This document shows positions 43,811 through 54,680 of a stretch of 64,000 nt of DNA, in pieces. How positions within the stretch are numbered: position 1 is the first letter of the stretch; every line of letters starts with the position of its first letter. Under the pieces are notes generated by a model. The model was not told the origin of the DNA and searched no databases. It worked only from the letters and a program-made list of their open reading frames with translations. Source of the DNA: Escherichia phage RB49; sequence record NC_005066.1. One strand, given 5' to 3'. A program made the translations under genes and the position numbers.

Positions 43811-44758
43811 TTAGAACTCACCAATTTTCTGCAACATTTTAACTAACGCATTTGTTACAAAATAGTTATAAATTTTACCGCGTGGTGCTGGTTTAGATTT
43901 TTCCCATGACTCCAGAATCTGATTCTGAATATCATCTGGGATGTAATCGAAATCAATAAGTTCGCGGTTTTCGTCAAATCGTCGTGCTTCTTCCTCTGTC
44001 ATCAAAGACTTTGGGTCTTCGGCATCGAAAATTTGCTCTAACCATTTGGTTGCAACTGGTTTAGCTCGTTCCCCTTCCAGTCGAGAGATAATGAAATCAC
44101 TACGACACTTGACAGAAGCCACACCGTCTTTTGCGTCACCCTTAACACATTTTACCATAAGGTCTTTGTAAGGGCTACCATATTTGCATTTCTTCCATGC
44201 TTTCTGTACTGGCGCCCACTGTTTCACGTTTTTGTATTTGTGCAACTGTGTGTAGTCTCCATCACCGGAGTTGATCAGCACCTGGCGACCTTCTACAGAA
44301 AACTTTTTAGTTAACACAGCGATTATATCATCCGCTTCAACTTTGTCAACCTTAATAACGTGATAGGGCATATTCTCTTTAAACTCTTCGGTGATCTTAT
44401 TGATCGCAGCAAAGATCATCTCCCAATCACGCGGATCTGCGTCTCGCTTTTCCTTACGGTTGCGTTTATAGTAAGGTGCGATATCACGTCGCCAGTAACC
44501 TTTGCTTGAATCAAAAGCAAGTACCGTAATAGGGTATTGCTCTTTGAATTTTGTCATATTATAACGCATGGTGTCAAGAATAAGATGACGGATCATGCCT
44601 TCATTAATAGGATCTTCCGGTTTAAAGGTATGCGAGATAGTAGCAATCATAAGCTGCGACATATCAATCAAATGCACACCTTCCGGCAGTTTATCTTCTG
44701 GATCATCAAAGAAATCATTAAGTGTAGCGGTAGTTTTTGTAAACGGGTTATACGTCAT
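43811..44758 (-). CDS. rnh: RNase H / 5'-3' exonuclease (FEN)
   Basis: Size 315 aa, conserved acidic clusters (DGD, EADD), synteny upstream of gene 34. Confidence 0.85.
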   Translation of the reverse strand: MTYNPFTKTTATLNDFFDDPEDKLPEGVHLIDMSQLMIATISHTFKPEDPINEGMIRHLILDTMRYNMTKFKEQYPITVLAFDSSKGYWRRDIAPYYKRNRKEKRDADPRDWEMIFAAINKITEEFKENMPYHVIKVDKVEADDIIAVLTKKFSVEGRQVLINSGDGDYTQLHKYKNVKQWAPVQKAWKKCKYGSPYKDLMVKCVKGDAKDGVASVKCRSDFIISRLEGERAKPVATKWLEQIFDAEDPKSLMTEEEARRFDENRELIDFDYIPDDIQNQILESWEKSKPAPRGKIYNYFVTNALVKMLQKIGEF

Positions 44759-44760
44759 AA

Positions 44761-44946
44761 TTAAGTTCTCTCCACTCTCACAACAACATATTCGCCAAAC
44801 GAGTTAGATACTTCACGATCATACCCATATTTCTCCATAACTCGCAGAATTGCATTGTTTAATTCGGCGCGGAAATAATTGTAATCCTTATCAGGGATTC
44901 TGTCAACTACCCATTTTGCACCTTCTGACAAATCAACTTTAACCAT
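44761..44946 (-). CDS. small protein (61 aa)
   Basis: Track ORF. Confidence 0.45.
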   Translation of the reverse strand: MVKVDLSEGAKWVVDRIPDKDYNYFRAELNNAILRVMEKYGYDREVSNSFGEYVVVRVERT

Positions 44947-44984
44947 AATATATCATCCTCTTTTGTTTCTATCAAGCCTTATTT

Positions 44985-44992
44985 TATAAATA
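44985..44992 (+). promoter_or_regulatory. T4-type late promoter TATAAATA upstream of gene 34
   Basis: Exact TATAAATA ~28 nt upstream of ATG. Confidence 0.6.
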
Positions 44993-45020
44993 TGAACATA
45001 CTATAAAAGGAGACCCAATA

Positions 45021-48000
45021 ATGGCAGATTTTTCTCAACATTTCAAGGCCACATTTGGCTTTGACGCTGGTAATGAAAAGGTCGTCAATGTAGCATTGGC
45101 TGATAAGAATGTCAACACCGATGCGGTCAACGTTGAATTTTTCAATTACCATAATGGCATTACTCAGTATGACACAACTCGCGGTTATGATCAATACGGA
45201 ACTACAATTTATCAAAACCGTCCATATTATGCAAAAGAAGATATCACAAAGCCAGCAGGTGATTTTGACCCGACTAAATGGCAAGCACTGCGCACGGACC
45301 CACGTTGGGATTATATTGCAGCAACTTCCGGTGATACTCCTTTAAAGTCTGGTGATTATATCGCAGCAGATGGTCAATTTGCAAACTTGACTTTCTCTAT
45401 GCCAACTAAACCAGCAGAGGGAGACACTATAACAGTAAAAGATATCGGTGGCAAGTGTGGTGTTAACGAATTATCGTTCTTGAGTTCAGGACATGAGTTT
45501 TACCATAACGGTAATGTGTATAACCGAAAATGGTATTGCACTACCCCGTATGCAATGAACTATTTCATCTTTGTTCGGAATCGTTGGCATGTTTATCAGA
45601 CGGGAACAGAGCCGCGCGGTGTGTACGCACAGCCAGCGATTGATGCTATTCAAATGCAGAATGGTGATCAGGTATTTCGTCGTAGTTCGTTGGGTAATAT
45701 TACCTTAGTGCTTCCTAAGTTTGCCAACAATGGCGACATGATCCAGACTACAGACCTTGACGGATTAACCGCAACCAACCACGTTACGGTTAAAGTTCAT
45801 GAGCACGCAGAAGAACAATCAATTGGCACGTCCGGTCTAAAAGAGATTATCGGTAAGCGTAGCGGTCATGGTGTATTCATCTTTGACAAACCGGAAAACT
45901 TATGGCGTTTGTGGGATGGTGATCAGTCTGTTCGTCTTAAACCGATCATCGATGACACTCGCTTGCAACCTAATAGCTATGTTGCTGTATTTGGTGATCG
46001 TGATGTTACTCTGACTCTACCGACCAATGTTGAGCCGGGTGATCGTATTCAAGTTTCTATGCAGTATATGCACGGAAACCAGAATTGCCGTATTATCACC
46101 GCCACAGAGGATACAAAAATCCTTATGTCGAAAAACATGGTTCAGTTTCCGAAGCGTAGCGAGTACCCATTCAACGGGACCGACACATGGAAGGAAGTGT
46201 CTGAATTGTCGTTCAATGCGGCTAGTGATTATGTACCTTATCTGGAGTTCTCTTATTCAGAAGGTGATGATGGTAAGAAACATTGGCTGGTAGCACACTC
46301 TCATCCGATCGTCGAACGAGTAGACCCTACTCGTAAAGATCGTGTTGGTGTAATTGCACTGGCTACCCAGACTGAAACGAATAAAAACCATGAAGAGAAT
46401 CCTAGCGACGAAGTTGCGGTAACACCAAAAATGCTGGCTAATAAAACCGCCAACGAAACTCGACGCGGTATTGCTCGCATTGCGACTCAAGCGGAAACGC
46501 ATCAAGATACTGGTTCCAACTTCCTGGATGATGTTATCGTTACGCCTAAAAAGTTAAATGATTGTGTTGCTACCGAAGCCCGTCGTGGCGTGATGGAAAT
46601 TGCAACCCAGCACGAAACCAATGAAGGTTTAGACGATACCCGCGCTATTACACCTAAGAAATTAGAAGAACGTCGCGCTTCCGAAGATCTCGCTGGTATT
46701 GCTGAAATTGTTCAGGCTGGCGGTAGTGCTGCCGCTCGACGTGGCGAAGCTGGTACAGGGATCTATAACATCAACGACCATGTTAAAATTGTTACGCCAC
46801 AAAACATCAACGAAGTCAAGGCGACCGAAACTTCCCGTGGTGTTGGCTATCTGGCAACTGACGCGGAAGTGCAAGGGGCTACAGAATCAACCCCGCAAGA
46901 TGCTTTACTAATCACGACTCGCACGCTAACGAAACGTACTGCTACCGAATCGCGCACTGGTATCGCTGAAATTGCAACTCAGGAAGAAACAAACTTAGGT
47001 CAAAGTGATAACCATATCATCACGCCTAAAAAGCTGCATACTCGCCGCGCAACGGAAACTTTACACGGTTTAGCAGAAATTGCAACTCAGCCGGAATTTG
47101 ACGCAGGTCTTGACGATGCTCGCATTTCTACCCCATTGAAGATTAAAACCTTCTTTGAGAATGCACAGCGTTTGAAAGTAGATCCGACTCAGGGGCTTAA
47201 CCTTACTGGTGATTTGTGGCAAGGTATCATGATCAGCGGTCTGGATGCAACCGAAGACACAAAGGGTGTCGCTAAAGTTGCTACTACTCAGCTTACGGAT
47301 GCTGGTCAAGATGATACTACAATCATCACGCCTAAAAAGCTGCAAGGCAAAAAAGCCACCGAAGGTAAAGAAGGTATTATCCGCGTTGGTACTCAAGCCG
47401 AAACCGTGGCTGGTACACTGGCTAATGTAGCAATTTCTCCGAAGAACTTCAAATATGTTGTTCAGACAGAGGATACATGGAAAGCAACCGAAGCGCGTCG
47501 TGGATTCTTGAAAGTTGCTACTCAGGAAAACTGTTTTGTTGGTGATAATCTGCAAGGTTCTACTCAAGAACTAGGAAACTACCAGCATGACGGAATTGCT
47601 GTTACTCCGAAAGGATTAAACTACGCACTTGCTAATTTCTTACCTAAGATGGCAACCGCTCAGAATAGTTTGAAATTGGGTAACGTAGAGGCCGCTAAAT
47701 GGGCGCGTAGAGACATTGACCAGACCATAGAGAGCAATTACACGTTTAATAAAAACGTTAACGTGAAGGGCGATTTAGAGTGCTTAAAATCTGGTTCCTT
47801 TGAAACTCTGTCTGTGACTAAGAACTCAACCGATGATCCGAGTAATGGTCATCTGGTGTTGGGTGAGCGTGGAGTTGACGGTCACACCGGAATTACTCTG
47901 CATGGCACAACCGCATCGGAAGGCATGAAAAACTCGTGGTCTATTATCGTTGGTGGTACTGGAACAGCGCAAGTTGTTGATAGTGATGCTATCGCTTTCG

Positions 48001-48761
48001 GTAAAATCAATGATGGTGGAGTCGTCGAGCATTACGCCTTTGCTATGAAACACAATGGCGACGCGACAGCATATAGAGACTTTATTGCAGGTCGCAACCT
48101 GTATGCGAAACAAGGCGGTTTATACATTGTTGACCAGTCTAATCCGGCAATGACTCGTTCCCCAGATGGTATGCTGAATATCGGTCACGGTGGAAGTGTT
48201 AACATCAAGGCAGGTCATCAAACGTTAACTACAGAGATCGCCGGACAGAAATATCAGATCGTACACGCAGGAAACGCTGACGAAGTTCTTAACCGTCAGT
48301 TTGTTAAGAATGCTGGCGATACAATGGTCGGTAAGCTGACTATGGATAATGCGCCTATTGTTTCTGTTAAGCATGAAGCTAGCGCGGCAACCGCTCCAGC
48401 AATCGGTAACATCGGTTTCTGGAATATGCGAGTTACTACCCAGAACATCAAAGAAACTTATCCAGAGAAGAAAAACGGTACTCTGATGCAATGGGGTACT
48501 GACGCGGACGGGCTTACCCAGCTTTGGTCCCCTGATGGTACTCATAAACATTATATCCGTTCCGGTACTGGTGGTCAATGGACCGCATGGGGTGAAATTT
48601 ACACCAAACAGAACAAACCTACCGCCCAGGAAATCGGGGCAGTGGTTGCAGAAGGTGGTTTAATGAACTCTATGACGGTTCGTGATTGGATCAAAGTTGG
48701 TAATGTTAAAATCATCGCCAATAATCTGACTCGTACCGTAGACTTTATCTGGGAAGACTAA
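45021..48761 (+). CDS. 34: gp34 long tail fibre proximal subunit
   Basis: 1246 aa; conserved repeats TETRRGIARIATQAE, ISTPLKIKT as in T4 gp34. Confidence 0.93.
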   Translation: MADFSQHFKATFGFDAGNEKVVNVALADKNVNTDAVNVEFFNYHNGITQYDTTRGYDQYGTTIYQNRPYYAKEDITKPAGDFDPTKWQALRTDPRWDYIAATSGDTPLKSGDYIAADGQFANLTFSMPTKPAEGDTITVKDIGGKCGVNELSFLSSGHEFYHNGNVYNRKWYCTTPYAMNYFIFVRNRWHVYQTGTEPRGVYAQPAIDAIQMQNGDQVFRRSSLGNITLVLPKFANNGDMIQTTDLDGLTATNHVTVKVHEHAEEQSIGTSGLKEIIGKRSGHGVFIFDKPENLWRLWDGDQSVRLKPIIDDTRLQPNSYVAVFGDRDVTLTLPTNVEPGDRIQVSMQYMHGNQNCRIITATEDTKILMSKNMVQFPKRSEYPFNGTDTWKEVSELSFNAASDYVPYLEFSYSEGDDGKKHWLVAHSHPIVERVDPTRKDRVGVIALATQTETNKNHEENPSDEVAVTPKMLANKTANETRRGIARIATQAETHQDTGSNFLDDVIVTPKKLNDCVATEARRGVMEIATQHETNEGLDDTRAITPKKLEERRASEDLAGIAEIVQAGGSAAARRGEAGTGIYNINDHVKIVTPQNINEVKATETSRGVGYLATDAEVQGATESTPQDALLITTRTLTKRTATESRTGIAEIATQEETNLGQSDNHIITPKKLHTRRATETLHGLAEIATQPEFDAGLDDARISTPLKIKTFFENAQRLKVDPTQGLNLTGDLWQGIMISGLDATEDTKGVAKVATTQLTDAGQDDTTIITPKKLQGKKATEGKEGIIRVGTQAETVAGTLANVAISPKNFKYVVQTEDTWKATEARRGFLKVATQENCFVGDNLQGSTQELGNYQHDGIAVTPKGLNYALANFLPKMATAQNSLKLGNVEAAKWARRDIDQTIESNYTFNKNVNVKGDLECLKSGSFETLSVTKNSTDDPSNGHLVLGERGVDGHTGITLHGTTASEGMKNSWSIIVGGTGTAQVVDSDAIAFGKINDGGVVEHYAFAMKHNGDATAYRDFIAGRNLYAKQGGLYIVDQSNPAMTRSPDGMLNIGHGGSVNIKAGHQTLTTEIAGQKYQIVHAGNADEVLNRQFVKNAGDTMVGKLTMDNAPIVSVKHEASAATAPAIGNIGFWNMRVTTQNIKETYPEKKNGTLMQWGTDADGLTQLWSPDGTHKHYIRSGTGGQWTAWGEIYTKQNKPTAQEIGAVVAEGGLMNSMTVRDWIKVGNVKIIANNLTRTVDFIWED

Positions 48762-48794
48762 TTAAAGGGGGCGAAAGCCCCCTATGGGGTTATT

Positions 48795-49934
48795 ATGACA
48801 CAAGATATAGAATTACGCAACACTGGAATTAGGTTTGCGCATTTCGACGAAGACTCTGCGACATTTACCAGCATTTCAGAAAATAACTCTGTGATGTATA
48901 AGCTGGAAGTGCGCGGATCTAATGCGGATTCTACCAAACCAGCAAGAATTCGATTTAATGGAGTGGAGATCGTTGGCACTGGCTATGAAAATGGCCTAAA
49001 TTTTAAAGTTCTTACTCCAACTGGACAACTACACGAAGAAAAGGTATTCTATGGTCGCGGTGCTGTTTTGGCAATGCGTGATTATCTTTCTTTGCTGAAA
49101 GGTGATTATATCATTGCGATGGCAACTCATGGAGAATTGTTTGCAGATCCGATAAGTGATGTTGTATTTTCTAAGATGGGATCTGTATCATTCCCGAATC
49201 ACATTTTGTTACAGCAAATGCCTCGTGTATCATATGCAGCAATTTATTCTACTAAAATGGGTAAAATTGTGTGCGAAGGGATGCAAGCAACTCACGGGGA
49301 AGGACAAGATTCATCTATACAAATTGAGAAAGTCTATGATACTATAGATGATCTTGCTATAACAGGAACACCACAACGATTTTTAGATTATCCGGTTGAG
49401 TATGTTAGCGAAGATGCCGAACATTTCGAGCTAATACAATGGCCTCATGATGAGATCAGCGCACCACTTGAATATTTTAACATAAAGGCAGGTGACAAAC
49501 TATCATTATCATTTGAATTGTTCCGTGATAGTGCCGCAGCCGCAGCCAACGTAACAGCGCGTTTCTATCACAACTATTTTACTGATGGACAATACAAAAC
49601 TGGCGTTCGATACAATGCCAGCAAAAAAGATCAATGGGAAAAGTTTGAAGCCGTCTATACCGTGCCGGAAGGTGTCGATAGTGTAGTAACTGGTTGTATC
49701 AGATATCCAACCAACTCAAATGAAGGTATTGTTAAAATTAGAAACATACTAATAACGCCGATCAGTGGAGTCGTCAAAACTACTGGTCCTACTTCATTTG
49801 GTGTTAATGGTGTTAGAACAACTCATATTCAGGATAACGGTGATTTTACTAACCCTGTAATGAGTCTTCTTAAACTTCCTAGAGATAATAAACACATCAC
49901 ATCCAACAACTTTAAAGAGTTCGATGTTGATTAA
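48795..49934 (+). CDS. 35: gp35 long tail fibre hinge
   Basis: Size (379 aa vs 372) and synteny. Confidence 0.75.
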   Translation: MTQDIELRNTGIRFAHFDEDSATFTSISENNSVMYKLEVRGSNADSTKPARIRFNGVEIVGTGYENGLNFKVLTPTGQLHEEKVFYGRGAVLAMRDYLSLLKGDYIIAMATHGELFADPISDVVFSKMGSVSFPNHILLQQMPRVSYAAIYSTKMGKIVCEGMQATHGEGQDSSIQIEKVYDTIDDLAITGTPQRFLDYPVEYVSEDAEHFELIQWPHDEISAPLEYFNIKAGDKLSLSFELFRDSAAAAANVTARFYHNYFTDGQYKTGVRYNASKKDQWEKFEAVYTVPEGVDSVVTGCIRYPTNSNEGIVKIRNILITPISGVVKTTGPTSFGVNGVRTTHIQDNGDFTNPVMSLLKLPRDNKHITSNNFKEFDVD

Positions 49935-49945
49935 CATTTTTAACA

Positions 49946-49977
49946 AGCCGATCCATGTGGTCGGCTTTATTTTTTAT
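49946..49977 (+). terminator. intrinsic terminator after gene 35
   Basis: AGCCGATC-catgtg-GTCGGCT followed by TTATTTTTT. Confidence 0.7.
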
Positions 49978-50096
49978 ACAGTTGGTTAAAATGTAACCAA
50001 AACGAAGAAAGATCTTTAGAATAATAGAAAATTTGTTTCGGTTAAAAATTAGTCAGTGCCTACGGCACGTCGCGAAGCGATATTTTGTTAACATTC

Positions 50097-50104
50097 TATA
50101 AATA
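50097..50104 (+). promoter_or_regulatory. T4-type late promoter TATAAATA upstream of gene 36
   Basis: Exact TATAAATA ~33 nt upstream of ATG. Confidence 0.6.
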
Positions 50105-50137
50105 CTCGGAACTATAACTAATTTTTGAGGTTACTTT

Positions 50138-51628
50138 ATGGCAGATTTGAAACATGGATCTACTGTAGGCGGATCTCCCATTTGGACGCAAGGAAACTTG
50201 ACGATCCAGCCAGCGGGGGATCAGCTTTTCTACAAAGGTCATAAAATCTATACCGCTTTTGATAGACCTTCGGCTACCGATTTTGATGCTGTTAGTGCAT
50301 CCGAAGGTGGAACATTTCAAAAGCAAGTTCATTTCGAGGAAGGTTTAAGCGTAGGTAGCGCATCGGCTGGAGAAACCAAAAAGAATGGTATCTTTAAAGG
50401 CCAGAGTGATGCTGCTAATTTTGACGGCGTAAGCTGGGGTTTGCATTCATGGAAGTCAATCGGCTTTGTTAATGCCCGTGATGGCGTTATTATGGCTTAT
50501 ATTGACACCACAACGGGCGAATTTAAGTCTAAAGGGACTATCGAAGGGACAACCATTAAAGATACAGGTCAACGCGTCTATAGCCCTGTTAATAAACCAA
50601 CGAATAATGATTTAGATTTGGTGTCTCGTCGCGGTGATACCCTAACAGGAACATATAATTTAAACACTGTCACAGTTAAACTATCGGTTGATTCGAAATT
50701 AATTGCAAGGGAACGTGATTTAATTAATTTTGATGCGACTAAGATCTATTATGGTAACGTTCTTGATACGTTGGTATTCCGAAGTAAAGATGAGCCTACC
50801 ATTTTTGTTAATGGCAAAGAAGGTCGTTTTTATCACACCAACAATAAACCGACTAAAGCCGATGTTGGACTAGGCAATGTCACCAATGATGCACAGGTTA
50901 AACGTGCTGGTGATATTATGGAAGGTAACTTGCAAGCGCCTAGAATGTTGGCGACAAACGATCCTGCTGGTCCTAATGAATTGGTTCGTTTGAGCTACTT
51001 TGAGAGAAAATCAATGGTAGCAAATCCAACCATCATTGGAAACGTTGATTGGAACACTCTTATTAATCGCGGTATCTATCGTGTGGAAAATGCTGGGTCG
51101 GGCACTAATAAACCGTCTGATAGCTATTATAATGGCGTTTTGATGGTATATCGCCCAGAAGATGCGGTCGGTACTCGTCGAATTGTTCAGGTGTATTATC
51201 CTGAATCTATTGACCATCCGATGTGCTGGCGTTCGTGTTCTAATGAATCATGGACTGCATGGAACTATGTAGATCACCGTAAATTAGCCGATATTCGCTA
51301 TGTTAACGTAACTGGCGATACCATGACAGGACCGTTAACTGTTCCGGCTGCAAACGGTGTTAGAACAGCTAAAACTAACTATAACGGGGATAACTGTTAT
51401 GCGGCGTTAAGCGGTGCTGATGGTACTGCTATGATTCACCGCATTAGTGATATTAAAGGGACCGAAAAGCTGGGGATCACCCACGACTCAAAGGTCGTGT
51501 TTTTCCGTTCTAGAAACAATACTCAAACCGTGGACCGCTATCAGCTTTATCATGAAGGTAATAAACCTACTCCGGCTGATGTTGGAGCGGTTCCACTTAA
51601 TGCGGTGATTGATTTTGGTACTTTCTAA
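50138..51628 (+). CDS. 36: gp36 long tail fibre distal-proximal connector (expanded, 496 aa)
   Basis: N-terminus matches T4 gp36 (MADLK.GST.GGS.IW.QGN); much longer than T4 (221 aa). Confidence 0.8.
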   Translation: MADLKHGSTVGGSPIWTQGNLTIQPAGDQLFYKGHKIYTAFDRPSATDFDAVSASEGGTFQKQVHFEEGLSVGSASAGETKKNGIFKGQSDAANFDGVSWGLHSWKSIGFVNARDGVIMAYIDTTTGEFKSKGTIEGTTIKDTGQRVYSPVNKPTNNDLDLVSRRGDTLTGTYNLNTVTVKLSVDSKLIARERDLINFDATKIYYGNVLDTLVFRSKDEPTIFVNGKEGRFYHTNNKPTKADVGLGNVTNDAQVKRAGDIMEGNLQAPRMLATNDPAGPNELVRLSYFERKSMVANPTIIGNVDWNTLINRGIYRVENAGSGTNKPSDSYYNGVLMVYRPEDAVGTRRIVQVYYPESIDHPMCWRSCSNESWTAWNYVDHRKLADIRYVNVTGDTMTGPLTVPAANGVRTAKTNYNGDNCYAALSGADGTAMIHRISDIKGTEKLGITHDSKVVFFRSRNNTQTVDRYQLYHEGNKPTPADVGAVPLNAVIDFGTF

Positions 51629-51632
51629 TTTT

Positions 51633-51658
51633 AGCGGGGATTATCTCCCCGCTTTTCT
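51633..51658 (+). terminator. hairpin terminator/attenuator after gene 36
   Basis: AGCGGGGA-ttatc-TCCCCGCT followed by TTTTCT. Confidence 0.6.
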
Positions 51659-51698
51659 AAATAATATTATTCTAATAACCGTTTAAGGATTTTATAAA

Positions 51699-54638
51699 AT
51701 GGCAGATTTAAGCAGAATCCAATTTAAACGCACTAGCACTAAAGGTCGTCGACCTGATGCTGGTACGATGAATCCGGGGGAATTGGCAATCAACCTTGCG
51801 GATCAATATCTTCTTACTAAAAATGATTTCGGTGCTATTATCAATTTAAGTTGTCCTCCGGTTTATGACCGCGATGTTACAATGGCAGGTAAGGTTAAAG
51901 GTAATAATTATATCTTAAGTAAAACCGCTAACTATCTGGAAGATCAGACAGCGCGAGATCTTAATTACTTTGGTGCTTTCCGTACCAATGGTCTTGATGG
52001 TCTTCTCGAACTCACGCTAAACGTTCCTCATTCTTCTGGTGTTCAGCATGGTCGAGGATTTACTTTCCAGTATGGACATACTGGATCACGAGTAGAAACC
52101 TATGGCTATAATAGAGAAGGTCAAAAAGCATTTAGTTATAAAATGTATCACGAAGGCGATAAACCTACACCATCGGAATTGAACGTTTACAGCAAACAAG
52201 AAATTGACCGTATGTTTGTTAAGAACGTTAAAATGGTTGTTCCTTCTGGTGGTGCAACCCGTGGTTATTTTAAAATTGCATCCGCAATGATCCCGCAGAG
52301 TGGTCGGATGGTGTTTCTGCGAATCTATGATGGTAATGGATATAATGTAAACTCATATGATCAAGTTGATTTTCTTGAAATTGTTATTCGTAGTGGTAAT
52401 AATAACCCTAAAGGTGTTAGTATTGCTGCTTATCGTCGAAATGCTCTGAACGTTCATCAAGTATTTGCGGTTAATACTTCCGGTGATAACTACGATATCT
52501 ACGTTAACTACGGTCGTTACACCGATAACGTTATTGTCGAATACGGTAAAACTAATGATGTTACTCTGACAGTACATGATGTTCCTGAATTAACTCTCGT
52601 TAAACCTTCTGTTGGTGTTACCGATGCTCGTGTTATTACAATGTTCAACACCGAAAACAAAGCCGGAACGTTGATGTTTGATAATAACCCGCAAGGGACT
52701 TACGATATTATCAGTTTGAGTAATGCTGCTGATAATAATAGAAATTATCTGCGTAAATTCCGAAGCAAAGCTAGTGAAATGGTTTGGCATGAAACCGTTC
52801 AGGGTGCTGTATATCGTCTTGCTACTGGTGCTACAGATTCTACAGAAGTTATTAGAATTGATTCTAATAGTGCAATACCGGGTAATTATAAAGGATATGT
52901 AATTACTGGTAAAATGGAATTGCACGGTAGTGGTAATGCGATGACTTTACATCGACAGACTGGTCAAGCTGCATATATGGCGTGGTGGGATCGTCGTGAT
53001 GGTAAAAACCAACGTAGTGGTTATATCGGTCATGCGGATGGTACTAGTGATGGTTTTGTGTGGCGTAATGATGTTGGTGCTAACTCATTTGATTTGGAAG
53101 GTAGTGGACAAGTAAATTTGACTACAGGAAAAACAAAAATTGTATATACCAATGGTCAATATTATTCCGCTAACGCCGATGCATACCGTATGATCTTTGG
53201 TAATTACGGTGCATTCTGGCGTAATGACGGCACTAAAGTTTATCTTCTGTCTACTGCTGAAAATGATAAGTATGGTGGATGGAATGCCTATCGTCCATTC
53301 ATTTATGATTTAACTTCCGGTAACGTTCAATTAGGCGGTGATGGTAACGAAGAAGCATTAACGTTAGAACGTGCTTCTCGTGCCGCTCGCTTTAGTAATG
53401 ACGTTTACATTAAGAAAGGGCATTTGACTTTCGACGCTGGGCGATTAAATTCCCGCGATTACTTCCGGTTTAACCATTGGGGTGATAGTAATAATGCTCG
53501 TGATAACATCTTACAGCTTGACGATAGCAAGGGTGCTCATTTTACCACTGAACGTACTTTAGCAACTGGTGCAATTAAAACTAAATTCTTCGGTGATTTG
53601 GAATCTGCTGGTCAAATTAAATGGGGTAAAGGGACCGCCACATCTACGTTTACTCTACGTGTATGGGGTAACGATAGTCGTAAACAAATATTTGAATGCG
53701 GCGATGAAAGCGGGTGGCATTGGTATACCCAACGAGCGGGGGGTCCTGGTACAAATGAGATTATATTCAATGTTAACGGGAAATTTCAATCTCGGGATTT
53801 TGAGACTTCCGGTAATATTAAGATAACTGGTCCAGACATTGAGTTTCGTCGCACTGGTAATAAGCACATCTGGTTTAGAGATCCGAACGGTTTAGAATTA
53901 GGTTTGATGTACTGCGATGATGCTGGTGCTATTCGCTTCCGTGGTCAGAAACAAGCCCAGACGTGGAAACTTGCGGATAAGATGATTCATCTTGAGGCGG
54001 GGACTGTCGGCGGATCTGATAAAGGTTTGATTCGTGGTAGTGTTGCTGGTGGTAGCTGGGCTAGCTGGCGTGATCGTTCTGCCGGAATCCTCGTAGACTG
54101 TCCTCAATCAACCGATTCCGCTCATAACATCTGGAAAGCGACTCATTGGGGAAAATATCATATTGCGGCAATGGGTGTACACGTTCCTGGCGGCACTATA
54201 GGTAATGCTATAGCACGCCTAAACGTTAATGACGCAAACTTTGAATTTAGCGCCTCCGGTGACATGTCGGCAGGACGTAACGGTAGCTTTAACGATGTGT
54301 ATATTCGTTCTGATGCTCGACTTAAAATCAATAAGGAAGAGTATAAAGAGAATGCCACCGATAAAGTTAATCGCTTGACTGTATACACCTATGATAAGGT
54401 TAAATCTTTAACCGACCGTACTGTCATTGCCCACGAAGTTGGTATTATTGCACAGGATCTTGAGAAAGAATTGCCGGAAGCAGTAACAACTTCTAAGGTT
54501 GGCGATCCTGATAAGCCAGAAGAAATCTTAACAATTTCTAACTCTGCTGTCAACGCTCTTTTAATTAAGGCGTTCCAGGAAATGAGCGAAGAACTTAAAG
54601 CCGTTAAAGCTGAACTAGAGGAACTTAAAAAGAATTAA
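51699..54638 (+). CDS. 37: gp37 long tail fibre distal subunit (receptor-binding) with C-terminal chaperone domain
   Basis: N-terminus matches T4 gp37 (IQFKR....G.RP.A......GELAINL.D); 979 aa. Confidence 0.9.
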   Translation: MADLSRIQFKRTSTKGRRPDAGTMNPGELAINLADQYLLTKNDFGAIINLSCPPVYDRDVTMAGKVKGNNYILSKTANYLEDQTARDLNYFGAFRTNGLDGLLELTLNVPHSSGVQHGRGFTFQYGHTGSRVETYGYNREGQKAFSYKMYHEGDKPTPSELNVYSKQEIDRMFVKNVKMVVPSGGATRGYFKIASAMIPQSGRMVFLRIYDGNGYNVNSYDQVDFLEIVIRSGNNNPKGVSIAAYRRNALNVHQVFAVNTSGDNYDIYVNYGRYTDNVIVEYGKTNDVTLTVHDVPELTLVKPSVGVTDARVITMFNTENKAGTLMFDNNPQGTYDIISLSNAADNNRNYLRKFRSKASEMVWHETVQGAVYRLATGATDSTEVIRIDSNSAIPGNYKGYVITGKMELHGSGNAMTLHRQTGQAAYMAWWDRRDGKNQRSGYIGHADGTSDGFVWRNDVGANSFDLEGSGQVNLTTGKTKIVYTNGQYYSANADAYRMIFGNYGAFWRNDGTKVYLLSTAENDKYGGWNAYRPFIYDLTSGNVQLGGDGNEEALTLERASRAARFSNDVYIKKGHLTFDAGRLNSRDYFRFNHWGDSNNARDNILQLDDSKGAHFTTERTLATGAIKTKFFGDLESAGQIKWGKGTATSTFTLRVWGNDSRKQIFECGDESGWHWYTQRAGGPGTNEIIFNVNGKFQSRDFETSGNIKITGPDIEFRRTGNKHIWFRDPNGLELGLMYCDDAGAIRFRGQKQAQTWKLADKMIHLEAGTVGGSDKGLIRGSVAGGSWASWRDRSAGILVDCPQSTDSAHNIWKATHWGKYHIAAMGVHVPGGTIGNAIARLNVNDANFEFSASGDMSAGRNGSFNDVYIRSDARLKINKEEYKENATDKVNRLTVYTYDKVKSLTDRTVIAHEVGIIAQDLEKELPEAVTTSKVGDPDKPEEILTISNSAVNALLIKAFQEMSEELKAVKAELEELKKN
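54309..54635 (+). other. intramolecular chaperone (peptidase S74-like) domain; predicted autocleavage before Ser of SDARLK
   Basis: YIR|SDARLKINKEEY... matches the SDARLK cleavage motif of phage fibre/endosialidase chaperone domains. Confidence 0.7.
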
Positions 54639-54680
54639 GGAAAATTCCCAGGGAAGGGAAACTACTAAGGAGAAACGGCT

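Noticed and set aside
45109-48578. Multiple 60-165 aa ORFs on both strands inside gene 34, and similar ones inside gene 37 (52353-54388)
   Set aside because: Embedded in long, well-supported tail fibre coding sequences; no ribosome-binding sites, odd composition.
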